A stretch of 64,000 nucleotides of DNA from Chrysomallon squamiferum (Eukaryota > Animalia > Mollusca), in contig CM022679.1 of assembly GCA_012295275.1 (NCBI GenBank), positions 17,298,001 to 17,362,000 on the forward strand, given 5' to 3'. The notes beneath the pieces are model-generated. The model made no database searches. It was not told where the DNA came from and saw nothing but the letters and a program-made list of their open reading frames with translations. Shown in pieces: positions 40,503 through 52,856 of the stretch (positions are counted from its first letter, which is position 1; every line of letters starts with the position of its first letter). Position numbers and translations under genes: made by a program.

Positions 40503-42835
40503 ATATTATTTATCTGCTTTCTTGGCCTTTACAAAAAAACAACCCCAAAATTACCAATATTATCTGAGGTCAGTTTTAATTCACAGTGACAATGGATAGT
40601 ATGCTCAAAAGACAATCATCTTACATTTTTTTACATCAAAAATATTTTGAATACAAAGATGTGCAAATTCAACCATTATGCCATTACGTAACTATTTATT
40701 TACAGACATTTAATACAAAGAGAGACACTCACCCATTTGGTATTTAGCACTAAATGATCAATATTTTTGAGATCTTTCAAAACTAATTTTTTTTTTCAAT
40801 GAAAATCACCAGGGAAACTTCATTTTAACAACATGAGGAGTCATTGAATTTTTTATATTTTTAATTTTGTTTATGAATTGACAAGGAATGATAATTTTAT
40901 TGTATATTATTTTTTTTTAAACATATGCACATATGCCATTTGTATCCATTGTAGTGATCTTAAAAATGAAATTATCGTCACATCTTTTACTGAACTGGTT
41001 GAAATATTTTAATAAATATAGTTGCAATGTGGAAGTATCATTTTGATTAGTCAACTATAGACCTATTATACTTTATCAATAAACTACTATGCAAATATTC
41101 AGATTGCAATTTCTTGACAAAAAAACAAAATAAAATATAATAATAATAATAATAATAAAAATAAATAAAATAGTACCAGTTGAAGATATCTTTCCATAAA
41201 GATGTTCTGAAAAGCTGCTCGTTAAATTATATTTATTTTCTCTAATTATAAAGGCCTCCCACAATGTTTACGCAGGACAGGTTTTGTTTACAGACAATAC
41301 ACCCAACTTGAGAAGTCTTGCTGATCAATAATAAATTAATGTAAACAGTTATTATCAATTCTTTTATTTTTCTTGACTTTATTCTTAGCATCATTTTTAC
41401 TTAATTTGTGTTTTCATTTACCACCTTTCCTATAAATAATTTTTTGTTTCTATCAAATGTCTGTTGTCTAGCTAGTGTGTTATAAAAATAAATAAATAAA
41501 TAAATAAATACTAATTTAAATTTAAAAAAAATACAAAATACAAAATATACATTATTATAGTAATTTTTCAGCAGTACCATAATAACCATAAATTTAAAAC
41601 ACATTTATAAACTACATATGTTCTTATTAATATTATAATCATGGAAGCATAAAATCACTATTTGAAAATAAAATGGTCTGAAATTAAAATAACTCAAAAC
41701 AAGACAGAAACTAAGGTATACTTGATTAACTGAGAAAAACAAAATGATTTTAATTACAAATAGAAGTATTAGATTGTCAAGTAATTTTGAGACACATCTT
41801 AAAATATTCAACGAAGCATTCCATCTATCATGCAAAAAAGACAAAAGAAAAAAACAACTCTTGAATAAGGAGAAAGCACATTGATTGAACAGTTTTAAAC
41901 AATAAGAAAGGAAATTTTATTCATTTCAGACATATTTCTTTTTAATATGTTAACTGGCTAATTAATTTAAAAATACAATATCTTACAAGTCACATTATTA
42001 AAACTAAAAAACTGTTTACCTGCATTATGTGGAATTCAACCTCTTCTTAATGTATTTTAGGGTATCTTTATTGTGAGTGAAATGTGATAAAAATATATAT
42101 TTTTTAAATATTACCAAAACCAACATATGTATAACAAGTTTATTTATTTTTTATTTAAAAAGTATTTTGCATGCCCTTTCAAGCAGATACAAAAATATTA
42201 TTCATAAATAAACCCCTGCAATAAATCGGTAATTTTACTAGTGCTTATTTTTCATATCCTGTTTATACAGTTTGATGTCTGGATGTTTCAAAATGTTCAA
42301 TTTAAAAAAAAAGAAAAAAAGAAGAAGTTAAAGATGAAATATCAAATTTAAAGAAAAACCTATTTACAAGTTTGTTTTATTGTTTTACTCTTTTTTAATA
42401 GAAATAGTTTATTAAAATGTCTAAAAATGCTTATGCAAAATTTATCAGCAGCATGCAATAATAATATAGTAAAATAATAATAAATAATGATTATAAAAAC
42501 TTACATTCAGTTAATATTACTGAAATATGAAATAATATTTTATCATTATACTCTACAATAAATTTTTTAATTTTATTTTTGCCTACAATAGTTTATTTAT
42601 TTTCAGTGCCATACAGTGTTTATTTTTTTTTTATAGAATATTAGTTAAATTGCATGCGATCAACTGTAAACATCAGAAAGCATGCTAAACTGAAGGGAAA
42701 AAATCCACTTAGTATTGCAGCGCATTCTGAAGCAAAAACAATAGCACCAACATATGCATGCATGAAAAACATGTCATTAGATGATGCACAATTAAGTGAG
42801 GCACACTAACACCACTCAAAAAAAAAGGCACATAC

Positions 42836-42872
42836 CTATAGACATGTATCCAAGGTGATGAATGAAGAGAAA
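42836..42872 (-). other. Candidate 37-nt frameshifting cassette exon inside a UGCAUG cluster
   Basis: ttgcattgtgttacag|TTTCTC...TCTATAG|gtatgt, with five UGCAUG within 42452-43063. Confidence 0.5.
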
Positions 42873-45800
42873 CTGTAACACAATGCAACTAAATGAAAGC
42901 ATTATATATCAATATTATAAGCAATACTTTTTTCTTTAAAAAAAAAAAAAATTTTTATTGGACTTATTTATTAAAAAATGAAAAAAATCAAGAAAATAAA
43001 AAATAAAACACCTCATGCAATTTTTATCAGCATATAAATATGACTTCAGTGTGCATGCATGCACAACAAAAAAGACCTCACTGAATTTATTCAACAAGAT
43101 CACAATAATTCAGATTGTTATTTATAAATGATACTTTTTATCTTTATCAATAAAAGTAAACTGAAGTGTTGAATGTTATTAAAAATAAAGTAATAACAAT
43201 AAAAATAATAATAAAGAAGTAGTAAATGAGGTAGCAGTAATATATTATAATGAGGTATAGTAGTGGTAGCATACCAGCAGAAGAAAACATTCCTGTTGTC
43301 CAGTTATTATGAAAAGGTCAATGTTACTGTGTCAACTTTTTTTCATGTTTTACTACTAGATAACAGATTGTGTTCACTGTCAAAATGCATGACAATTATT
43401 AGTCAATTTTAAATAACTTAAAGTTGAAAAATTGCAATTTCATATATTTTATTTATGATTAAAATACAGTTTATCAACAGTTTTCTTTATCATGCTTAAA
43501 GTATGTGTAAACTACTTAATATATATATGTCATTTTATATCTTGAAATTGAATTATCCTGGATAGATACTTTTAATTAGATCAGATGTATTGTCAGTGGG
43601 TGATATTTAAGAGATTATTTGCAGTGTTTAATAAAAATTAATTTAAACATTAGTTAACACAATTCTTTAATTTTGTTTCCTTTTTAAATGCACGTTAGAT
43701 TATTTCTGTTTTAAAATTTAATAGCAAATCATTATTTATATCCTTGTAAACTTTTTTATAGTCAAATGTTGTTAATTTCCATAAAATGATTTATTATACA
43801 AAACATGTATGGTTTTAATTTTGTTTACATCATAAGTTGAACAACTTTATATGCTGATACATTTTTTTTTAAAGACATCTCACATATATATATATATATA
43901 TATTAAGTTAATGATTATGACTGATCAGACTGTCTGAAGCAGAGGGAACAATAAGAAAATCACCCTCTAGGTATACACGATGCCAGGACATGAGAATGTC
44001 TTCAGTATGTGCTATACACACAAATAACTCAAGTGTTGAGATTTAATTATCTATATTAACATCATTAATGTGACAGGTCACAAATCCATTTAAAAAGAAT
44101 CAGTTTACTTGACAGAGGGGTAATTTTCTAACAATGAGATTTTCAAAGAGGGAGGAATAACTTAAAAGTGTTAGTTGCTTTTTAACCATTTTCATTTCAA
44201 GTTTTTTTTTTTTTGTTTTAAATTAATATTTATTTTCATTCATCTTAAAGTTTATTATGATTATCAGTATAACTTTAATGTTAATTAAGTATATAATGAT
44301 AAATCTAGTTATATCAATTAACAGTACGTCCTCAAATGATCAGTTTGATGTACACAAGTTTGACAGAGCTTCATAAATTATATTTATAATTCTCTTTGAC
44401 AGACTTTATCTTTTCAGGGCGACTTACAATGTTTAGCCTATCTGTTGCACAAACAGTTGTAAACCTATTTGTTTATTTGAGTTTATTAATATCAGATGTA
44501 TCCATGAAATCTATGTTGTAAATCTAATAGTTTAGTGAGATTTATTCAAAATGCTTGCAATATTTTGTTAGTGTTTTTGAGGAATTTTTTGGGGTGGCTT
44601 GCTTTTATATATATGGTTGTAAATTTACTTGTTTATTTATATCACATTTATTCACATGTGTATAATTTAATACAACTCCTGTATGCATAATTGTTTGTTC
44701 TGGTTGATTAATATAAAACATTTATAAAAAAAATTACTTGTTTTGGTTTATTTATATACTTACATGTATCCAAAATTAATGTTTTGCCTACTAATGTAAT
44801 AAATTCCATAATGCTCTGTCATGTAACAATAGAAAGATTTTTATCTGACTTGACTCCAGCAGGCATGGAGTATGGATCAATATACAAGCATGTTTTTTAT
44901 GGTGTTGTAAATCACCATGCTATTCTGACAAAGAATGTTATCTGAATAACATATAGCCTGCTGTAACACTTTAACTTAAAGTGACATCACATGTTGTCTT
45001 GATAAAAAAACTTTCAGTTAATGCTTCACAGGACAGAGAATTTTAGCAGAGTTTCTTAACAAGAAATTATTATAGACAGATTATGACCTACAGTTTAAGA
45101 TTTCTTATTGTACTGACAGAAAACGAAAGAACAACCAGTAAAGTTGTATCTTTAAATGTTACCAAACATTTTCAATTTTCAATTCTTTTTTTTTAAATTT
45201 CATTTTTGTTATTCCTTAAAATTTGTTTTAAAATGAATGGCTTAATTTCTTATTAGTTAATTAGTTTCTGCCTTTCAACTTTCATTACCAATTCATTATA
45301 GTTTCTTTTCATTTTTTTTTTCCACCTGTGAAAAGTAAATACCATGTTATAATTTCCATTTTAAAGCATATTATTCTGCTAAGAATATTTATTGGTACTG
45401 AGATATGTTTGGTTCACCCTGGAAAGTCAATATATCTTCTGTTTACATGTATGTAGATCATTCCAAATAACATGATAAAATTTATTACAATGAACTAATG
45501 TTGTATGGACAGAGAACACTATAAACCATGAATAACCATTCCCAAGAGATTAATAACAGTGTCATGAACAGCAATGCAAATTGAGCCGTTCCTTTCACCA
45601 GTAGCATACTCTCAATATCAAACATGCTTGGAATACAAATGTGACAAAGGAGTGACTAAAGCAGTGAAGTGCAATACACGTTACATTGTCAGCGGTTACT
45701 GAGTTAACAAGAATATAAAGAACTTAACAAAATAACTTACTAAAAAAATATATATACAAAATATATATCTATAATACAGAAACAGTACTATGAAAATAGT

Positions 45801-45980
45801 AATGTTTACTTAATACACTGCAATTTGCTTAACAGTTCTTTTACAGTTATTAAATGGTGAAACTGTTGGAAGCACTAAAAGCTTCCTCTATAATTCTTAA
45901 TAAATTTCAATATCAGTTTTTTTTTTTTTGTCATTTTGAATGAAACATGAAAACAGTCACTTTTGTTACCAGTAGTTATA

Positions 45981-47166
45981 GGGCAAGGTGGGGTAATTCT
46001 GGCCCCCTTTTCTATACAACCTTATCTACAGCTTCACAGACAAAAGGAAACAACAAAATGGAGTGAATAATGTGTAGTATATCTATTTCTGCTTCAAAAC
46101 AAACAAACACTAAATGCATAGTGTTTATACTTTTGAAATGGGAACCAGGTTAACAATTGTTGTCAGGGGCCAGATTTGCCCCATTGATTTGGGGTAAATC
46201 ATGATGTATTTTGGTCTTCAAATTTGTTGTACTGATTATTGCTACATAATCACTGACAACTGTTAATGATAATTAGTACTAATCATAACTAATCATAACA
46301 AGATTCAAAACTTCAATAAATTAAAATTCCTTGACAAAATCACACAAGAATGCAATATCTTTCAAATCTGCACCAGCTGGGATTTTGAGGTTTGCACAAG
46401 GATGAAGACAATACCAATTTGGGCACCCATCACATCCTATGAATTCATCAGAATTCATGTCATCATCAACTCTACCAGAGTTCACATTTTTCTTATGTAT
46501 CTACAACATCTCTTTGCTCCCTCTGCCTTTTTTTCCTCCTTCCTCTTCTTCTCTGCCAACGCTTCTTCTTCTGTCAAGGTTTCAGCATACCTCATTTTCT
46601 TGATTGTTTTTAAGTTTGACGACGTGCCCCACCAGATGGATCATAGACTTTCAATTGATTCAAAAATCTTAAATAAAACTCAGAATGGATTGTATCTGTG
46701 CCAAAAACTATTGATTTCACCACCATACATGGAGGCCAGATTTACCCCATGAATGAGAGCCAGAATTTCCCCAAGTGGTGGAGTAAAATAAAACATACAC
46801 TCCTTTCCTAATTACCACATATTAATCAAGTTTCTTCTGCTAAACTTAAGAATTGATTATATGTTTACCTCTCATAAGTTATCACTAACCTTATGTCTGT
46901 CTATAGGAGTAAAAAAATAACACTCACTTTTGAATTCTCAAAATGAACTTTTTTTACAACCTTGTAGTTTTCACTACTTTCATGGCCACTATACTTCACA
47001 TGTAAATGGTTGATTACCTACATCCTTTGTTCTAATGAGAGATAGGAAGATTCTGTTTATATCAACAAAGTTCCAGAAGCCTGCACAGAACAGTATAGTG
47101 GCTGTAAGTTAAAATATACCTTAGGTGCCAGAACTGCCCCAGGGCCAGAATTACCCCACCTTACCC
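45981..47166 (-). mobile_element. Internally deleted Tc1/mariner-superfamily (pogo/Fot1-like) DNA transposon, 1186 bp
   Basis: 25-bp TIRs GGG(C/T)AAGGTGGGGTAATTCTGGCCC at 45981-46005 and 47142-47166 (one mismatch), with flanking TA on both sides. Internal copies of a GCCAGAwTTnCCCCA motif are present. A minus-strand remnant reads ...ETLTEEEALAEKKRKEEKK...FIGCDGCPNWYCLHPC...FLCDF (charged helix plus PHD-like finger). Confidence 0.9.
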
Positions 47167-47864
47167 TACTAGTTTTATCAAAGCTAATGAAAATATGAGA
47201 CATTAATGTGAATCTCAGAATGAAATTTTATTGTTTTCTTTTTTTAAATTACTTTAAAATGCTTTATAAGCCCTATGTAATACATTTAAACACACATACA
47301 ATATAATAATAATAATTAATAAATAAAAATAATAATATATAAATGAATTTTTAAAAAATATTAATAAAATAAAAAAAAAAAAAAAAAAAAAATTGAAAAT
47401 AATATTATAATTGTTGTACAATTTAAAATCCTGAACCTGAATATAAACGCTGAAATATCATGTACTGAAATTTTAAAAAAAAAAAAAAAAAAAAAAAAAT
47501 ATCATATATTCTTAATTAATATTTTTCTTTTTATTTAAACATTTCAATAGAATCAACAATCAAATCGATATCAACTATTATATTTTAATACTAGTAGGTT
47601 TACTGTGCATTTTTATTTTCAACTATTAATCCAGTATTATTGTTTCTTTTTCAATTACAAATAACAGCTATAATAAATCGAAATTATTTTAACACAGTTT
47701 AAGTGTAAATTATCAAGTCTAAGAATGTCAGCTTGCCTCGGTCATTCTGGCCCATACTGTGCAAACTGTTAAAACGAACTACAAAGACAGGCTAAAGCGC
47801 ACCTTTTTCTTTGTCATCGGGTGTCATTTAACAAAAACAAATCGCTCAAAAAATCCCAACTTAC

Positions 47865-48062
47865 CTCTCCACTGCCTCTGTTTTCTTTGTTTTCTTCGTT
47901 ATTATCACTTGTCCCATTTACTCTAACGGGTGTTTGTGTAGTGTTGCTTTCGCTCTTTAAGCGAAAGTCCGATTTAGGATCTCTAGGATAAAATTTCATT
48001 AAAGAATCTTCAATTTTCATTATAGGGCCATTCCCCGCAACCCGAGTTATGGTCTCCGCCAT
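47865..48062 (-). CDS. Rbfox1: Probable main first coding exon of Rbfox (66 aa, MAETITRVAG...ENRGSGE, phase 0)
   Basis: Start context aacATGGCGG, open frame, and perfect donor GAG|gtaagt in phase 0 matching the HMVQ exon. It sits at the CpG-rich/CpG-poor boundary. Assignment to Rbfox is inferred from strand, phase and the continuous CpG-depleted domain. Confidence 0.75.
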
Positions 48063-48460
48063 GTTGAACGAAAGAAATGACCGCTCAATCAAAAAGCACG
48101 CGTTTGACACTGCAGCTGTTTGTTCCCTAAAGTCCCAAGTTCAGTGACACATGCGTAAGTTTGTAGAACTAAACGTTCTTGTAAGAAACACGAGTTTCCG
48201 TAACATATATCCGTTCTATCGCTAAAAGTCTTATCACATCAAACCAGTGTCCCTTAGTCACAACCCAATCCACGGATGAAAAACAATAGACTACCCGGAT
48301 GTCCCAGCACATGAAAGGGTTCCAGTGTTTTGGTTTGCAGTCGCCACCTGCTTTAATCGAACACCTTTGATTGGTGGAGGAAAAAATCAATTTTCCTGTG
48401 ATTCGTCAGTATCGTGTGGATGCAATGTTTAGAACAGACGGCACGCGTACGATTAAGCAC
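48056..48460 (-). promoter_or_regulatory. CpG-rich promoter/5'UTR of the main Rbfox first exon
   Basis: High CpG density. A YY1-like CCGCCATGTTG (48056-48066) overlaps the ATG, a CTCF-like CGCCACCTGCT lies at 48342-48352, and a minus-strand CCAAT box lies at 48370-48374. Confidence 0.65.
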
Positions 48461-48611
48461 TGAGTTTCTTTCTTTCTTTCTTTCGCTGTTCTTTTCATTC
48501 ATTTTAATGCCTACAGTTTTAAGTGAATGTCAGCAACTAAGTTCCCGTAGCTTTGTTACAAATTTTAACAAAAAAAAAATGCGTAGGCTACAGATATAAT
48601 ATTCAAATTTC

Positions 48612-48650
<39 letters not shown>

Positions 48651-49138
48651 TTATTATTATTATTATATAAATTTATTTTATTTTTATTATTATTATTTTT
48701 TAAATCTATACGCCAAACTGAATCTAAGAACTAAATTATTATTTAGTTAAATCGTTTGGTTTGTTTGCGTCTTTCGGTATACGTCATAATTATGACCTAT
48801 ATCAGAGGGCTAAAATTTATTTTAAGAATTAAGATAATGCGAGTTTGCTGTTGTGTTTTAACTTGGTGTAAAAAAAAAAACAATTACATTAATGAGCAAA
48901 GTCTTCCTTTAAATGGAATCACCCAGTATTTTTTAAGATAACAATATGTATACCTACTTGCCATTATATTAAATGCTAGATATTACAAAATTTGTATAAT
49001 ACCTTACTATAATAATATCGGATCTACGTAATATGAAGTAATATTGCATAATTGTTTTTATTTTAGTAAATCCTCCCATTCACCGTTTTGTTTTTCCTTT
49101 TTACACTTTGAAAATATAATCTATTTTCTTATAGTCTC

Positions 49139-49140
<2 letters not shown>

Positions 49141-49209
<69 letters not shown>
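49141..49209. repeat. (GA)n microsatellite
   Basis: Perfect dinucleotide run. Confidence 0.98.
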
Positions 49210-49210
<1 letters not shown>

Positions 49211-49941
49211 AAATAAAAGACCAAACCAAACCACCATTACCTCCTTGCTTGCTATTATGAACTGGAATACTTCTCGGTTTACTAAATATTCTAATCATAG
49301 TATTCTCGAAAGCTGAAGTCAAAGACAATGTTCTCCGTTAATCTTATAATTTCATTTTTGACATTTTTGATCACTAATTACATTTTCATTTTGACGCCAT
49401 ATGTTGGTTATGCTCGGAAAGCATCGATTACATCATAAAATTCAGATTATTCATCAGGTGAAAAAGAAAAAAAATAACAATAATAATAAAATATATATAA
49501 TTAATAAATAAATAAATAAATTGCCGAAGTCAACAGGGGTATTAGTTGTTTGTGATAACTACTTGAAAATTGGTTTGCTATGATAGCGCTTATAATTGCA
49601 TCTTTTATTTAAATTATACGACTTCGGCTTAATACTCTCAGAAGAAAATTAAAAATGTATTTTTCAACTGAAACGAAATAATGAATACAAATATTTGTTC
49701 TATTATTCATAATGTTTGTTACTGCATAGATTTATTACCATTGTTATTTATCACAAATTCATTCAGTTAATTGTTATTATTAATTATTAATAAATTTACT
49801 ATTTATCAATTTATTTATCAGTTTAATTTCAATGTTTATCATCATGATATCATCACGACTGGATATTAAAACTTAAAACCTTTTCTTAATAAGTGTAATA
49901 CGACATAACGAAAATAAATTGTTCCTAAAACAAATACAGCA

Positions 49942-49983
49942 TTATTATTATTATTATTATTATTGTTGTTGTTGTTGTTGTTG

Positions 49984-50025
<42 letters not shown>
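49942..50025. repeat. Compound (TAT)n(TGT)n(TAT)n microsatellite
   Basis: Directly visible. Confidence 0.97.
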
Positions 50026-50027
<2 letters not shown>

Positions 50028-50599
50028 TTATCAACATGCAATTTAATCATTTGACTTTTATTTATTTAAAATTTAATATACAAAGTTCAGCACGCCATAT
50101 TTTGTCTATATGATACAATTTACAGTTTCTTATAAACGTTCAACAAAGTAATACATTATTTAATTACTCACACCTGCAAGTTATACCTACAACCGTTATA
50201 GACATTTAGTAATATATAAAATGTTATTATTAATATTATTGTTATATTTTTTTCTAACATCGGGCCTATGTTATTTTGTCTTGATGTATATGTAACCTAA
50301 AACAGTGAATATCAAACCAGAAGGCACTTTTTTTTGGATGGTTCGTAGAAATGCAGCAATCTATAGACTGGTTCTAATATATTCTTATTCTGTTTTCTTT
50401 CTTTATTAATGAATTTTATTACTAATATTCTTAATATTTGTTTTTTATTTATTGTTGTTTTATTGTTTTAATAGGATACAGTACAATGGATTACATTGTG
50501 GAGTTAAATAGTGTCTCGAAATTCTTAAGAAAGTAGAGTTTTACATAGAGCAGGCAAGTTACTTTTATTTTTACGTTTACTTAATTTATTTTTTCATTA

Positions 50600-50682
<83 letters not shown>

Positions 50683-52458
50683 TTTTAAGTGTTCATTTGA
50701 AACCAGTATATGATATTAAATTGAAACAGGTTTTTATATGATTTAATAGTGTTAATAATATTAATTAAATGATGATGATGGTGATGATAATATCAATCAT
50801 GTCTAATATGATTATTTATAATTTACTTCAATAGAAGAAAGAAATACAGAATGTGTAAATCTCGATTACTTTCAAATTTTACAGACTATTTAGTACAATA
50901 AAGTTACTAAACCAAACAGTGATAATGATGATGATGATGATGATGGTGATGTTGGTGAAGATAATGAAATACAAGCCTAAATATTTTATATAATATTAAA
51001 TCAGTGGTAAATCAATGACGGGAAATAACCCCCAGACGTGGTGGATTGGTCATACTATCTGTACTTGCGCTGTTTCTAAACAGTGGTGTTTGATTGCCAT
51101 TCTTTCCTTCTAAACATTACACAGCCAATGTACTGATTTTATAAGTTACAGCGTTTCCACCCAGCGCTTGGATCATTCACTATGCAACTAGTAAAACGAC
51201 AGACCTATTTTTAATATTTGTTGTACTCCTTTTTAGTGTGTTTTTATAAAAGAACACCTCTGCCTCTCGCCTATATACTGTTTCCTTGCGTGTATTATGT
51301 TATCTGTTCTAAATAATATATCCAGGAGTGGAACCATCTCCTTGGAAAAGAGAATTGCCCCTATTGTAGTGAGTATGAATTTCAAGATTAATTAAATTTA
51401 ATACTAAAGAAATTAAAATTTGTTAGTAAAAAAAACTGGGCTCATGCCGAGGACATCTCGTTTGAGTTTGTTTATGGCTTTAGTAGATTACACTTTCACA
51501 GTGTTCACCGTATTATAAACAGAATATATTTTGTATTATTTGTAATAAATAAATATATAAATAAATAAATAAGGCACAAAGCTAATAGAAAATAACTAAA
51601 CCGGACTTTGGTGTGTATTTTTGGAGAGTTAAAGAGTCAGAGACAGAATGATTCATATGGTCAGCCAAATAGAATAAGACGGACAGTAGCCAGATAGACA
51701 GACAGGCAGAGAGAAAGATAGTCAGAGAGTAATGGAAGCAACAACAATAAATATTGATATATTCCAATAAATAGAAGATAAATAATTTTTTTTTACTCAT
51801 TGTGGTTTACTGTTTGTTTAACTCTTTATTTGTTTTGTTTTGTTTTGTACATTTTATTTTTTCCTTTGTTTAAAATAAATAGGAGTTGTTATAATGGAAA
51901 TGCGTAACGAACGTGAAGTGATAAAAAAGGTTTAAAATGAGATCACTAACTTTTAATTACGACAGACTGACTTTATTATCTGGAATAACGTTGGACTAAA
52001 TAACACGTTACAGGAATGAAAAATGTGCAGATAGTTTTAAAAGGAACTAGATGAGCGCACTAGACTAGAGTATGTATATTCTTAATATATCCTCACGTTG
52101 TATTACGTCCTGTCGCCATAGCTACCACTTAAACTGGTGATTCATTGGTTGCTACGGTATTAAAACTGATATTAATGCGATTGAGTTTTTGAATCTTCCT
52201 CGGGTTAATTGCGCTACGTGAAAGCTGAAAAAAATCATTGCTTTTTGCACTCGTACATTGATGCACAGAGATGACAAGTATATTGCTACTATTTAGTGAC
52301 TTGACTGGTTTCGACATAGTGCATACGATCAAACTGGTTTGTGTTACGAAATATGAACAAATTAGTATAAATGACAACACCACAATGTAATACCAGTTAG
52401 ATTATGTTTATAGACGTGTTTACTTCTGCTTACTGAAATTACAGACATAACTGAGGCC

Positions 52459-52558
52459 TATACATACAAACAAATACAGATACGTACTTATACAAACATT
52501 CATATATTCATACACATACACACACATATATTCATACATACATACATTCATACATACG

Positions 52559-52596
<38 letters not shown>

Positions 52597-52685
52597 TTCA
52601 TACATACACACATACAATCACGTACATACAAACATACCCCATAACCATACATACATACAACAATACATACACACATACAATCGTA

Positions 52686-52730
<45 letters not shown>

Positions 52731-52856
52731 CTTTACATATACACATACAGACACATACTCACATGTACAAACATACACATAAATACACACACACATATAT
52801 ATTCATACAAACGTACATTCACACGTACATACATATACACACATTCACTATACATA
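52459..52856. repeat. Degenerate (TA)/(CATA)/(CA) low-complexity tract
   Basis: Directly visible; it generates the Y/I/H/T pseudo-ORFs. Confidence 0.95.

Noticed and set aside
46402-46752. 116-aa + strand ORF
   Set aside because: Antisense shadow of the transposase remnant.
49044-49328. ER-repeat and SL-repeat ORFs
   Set aside because: Translations of (GA)n.
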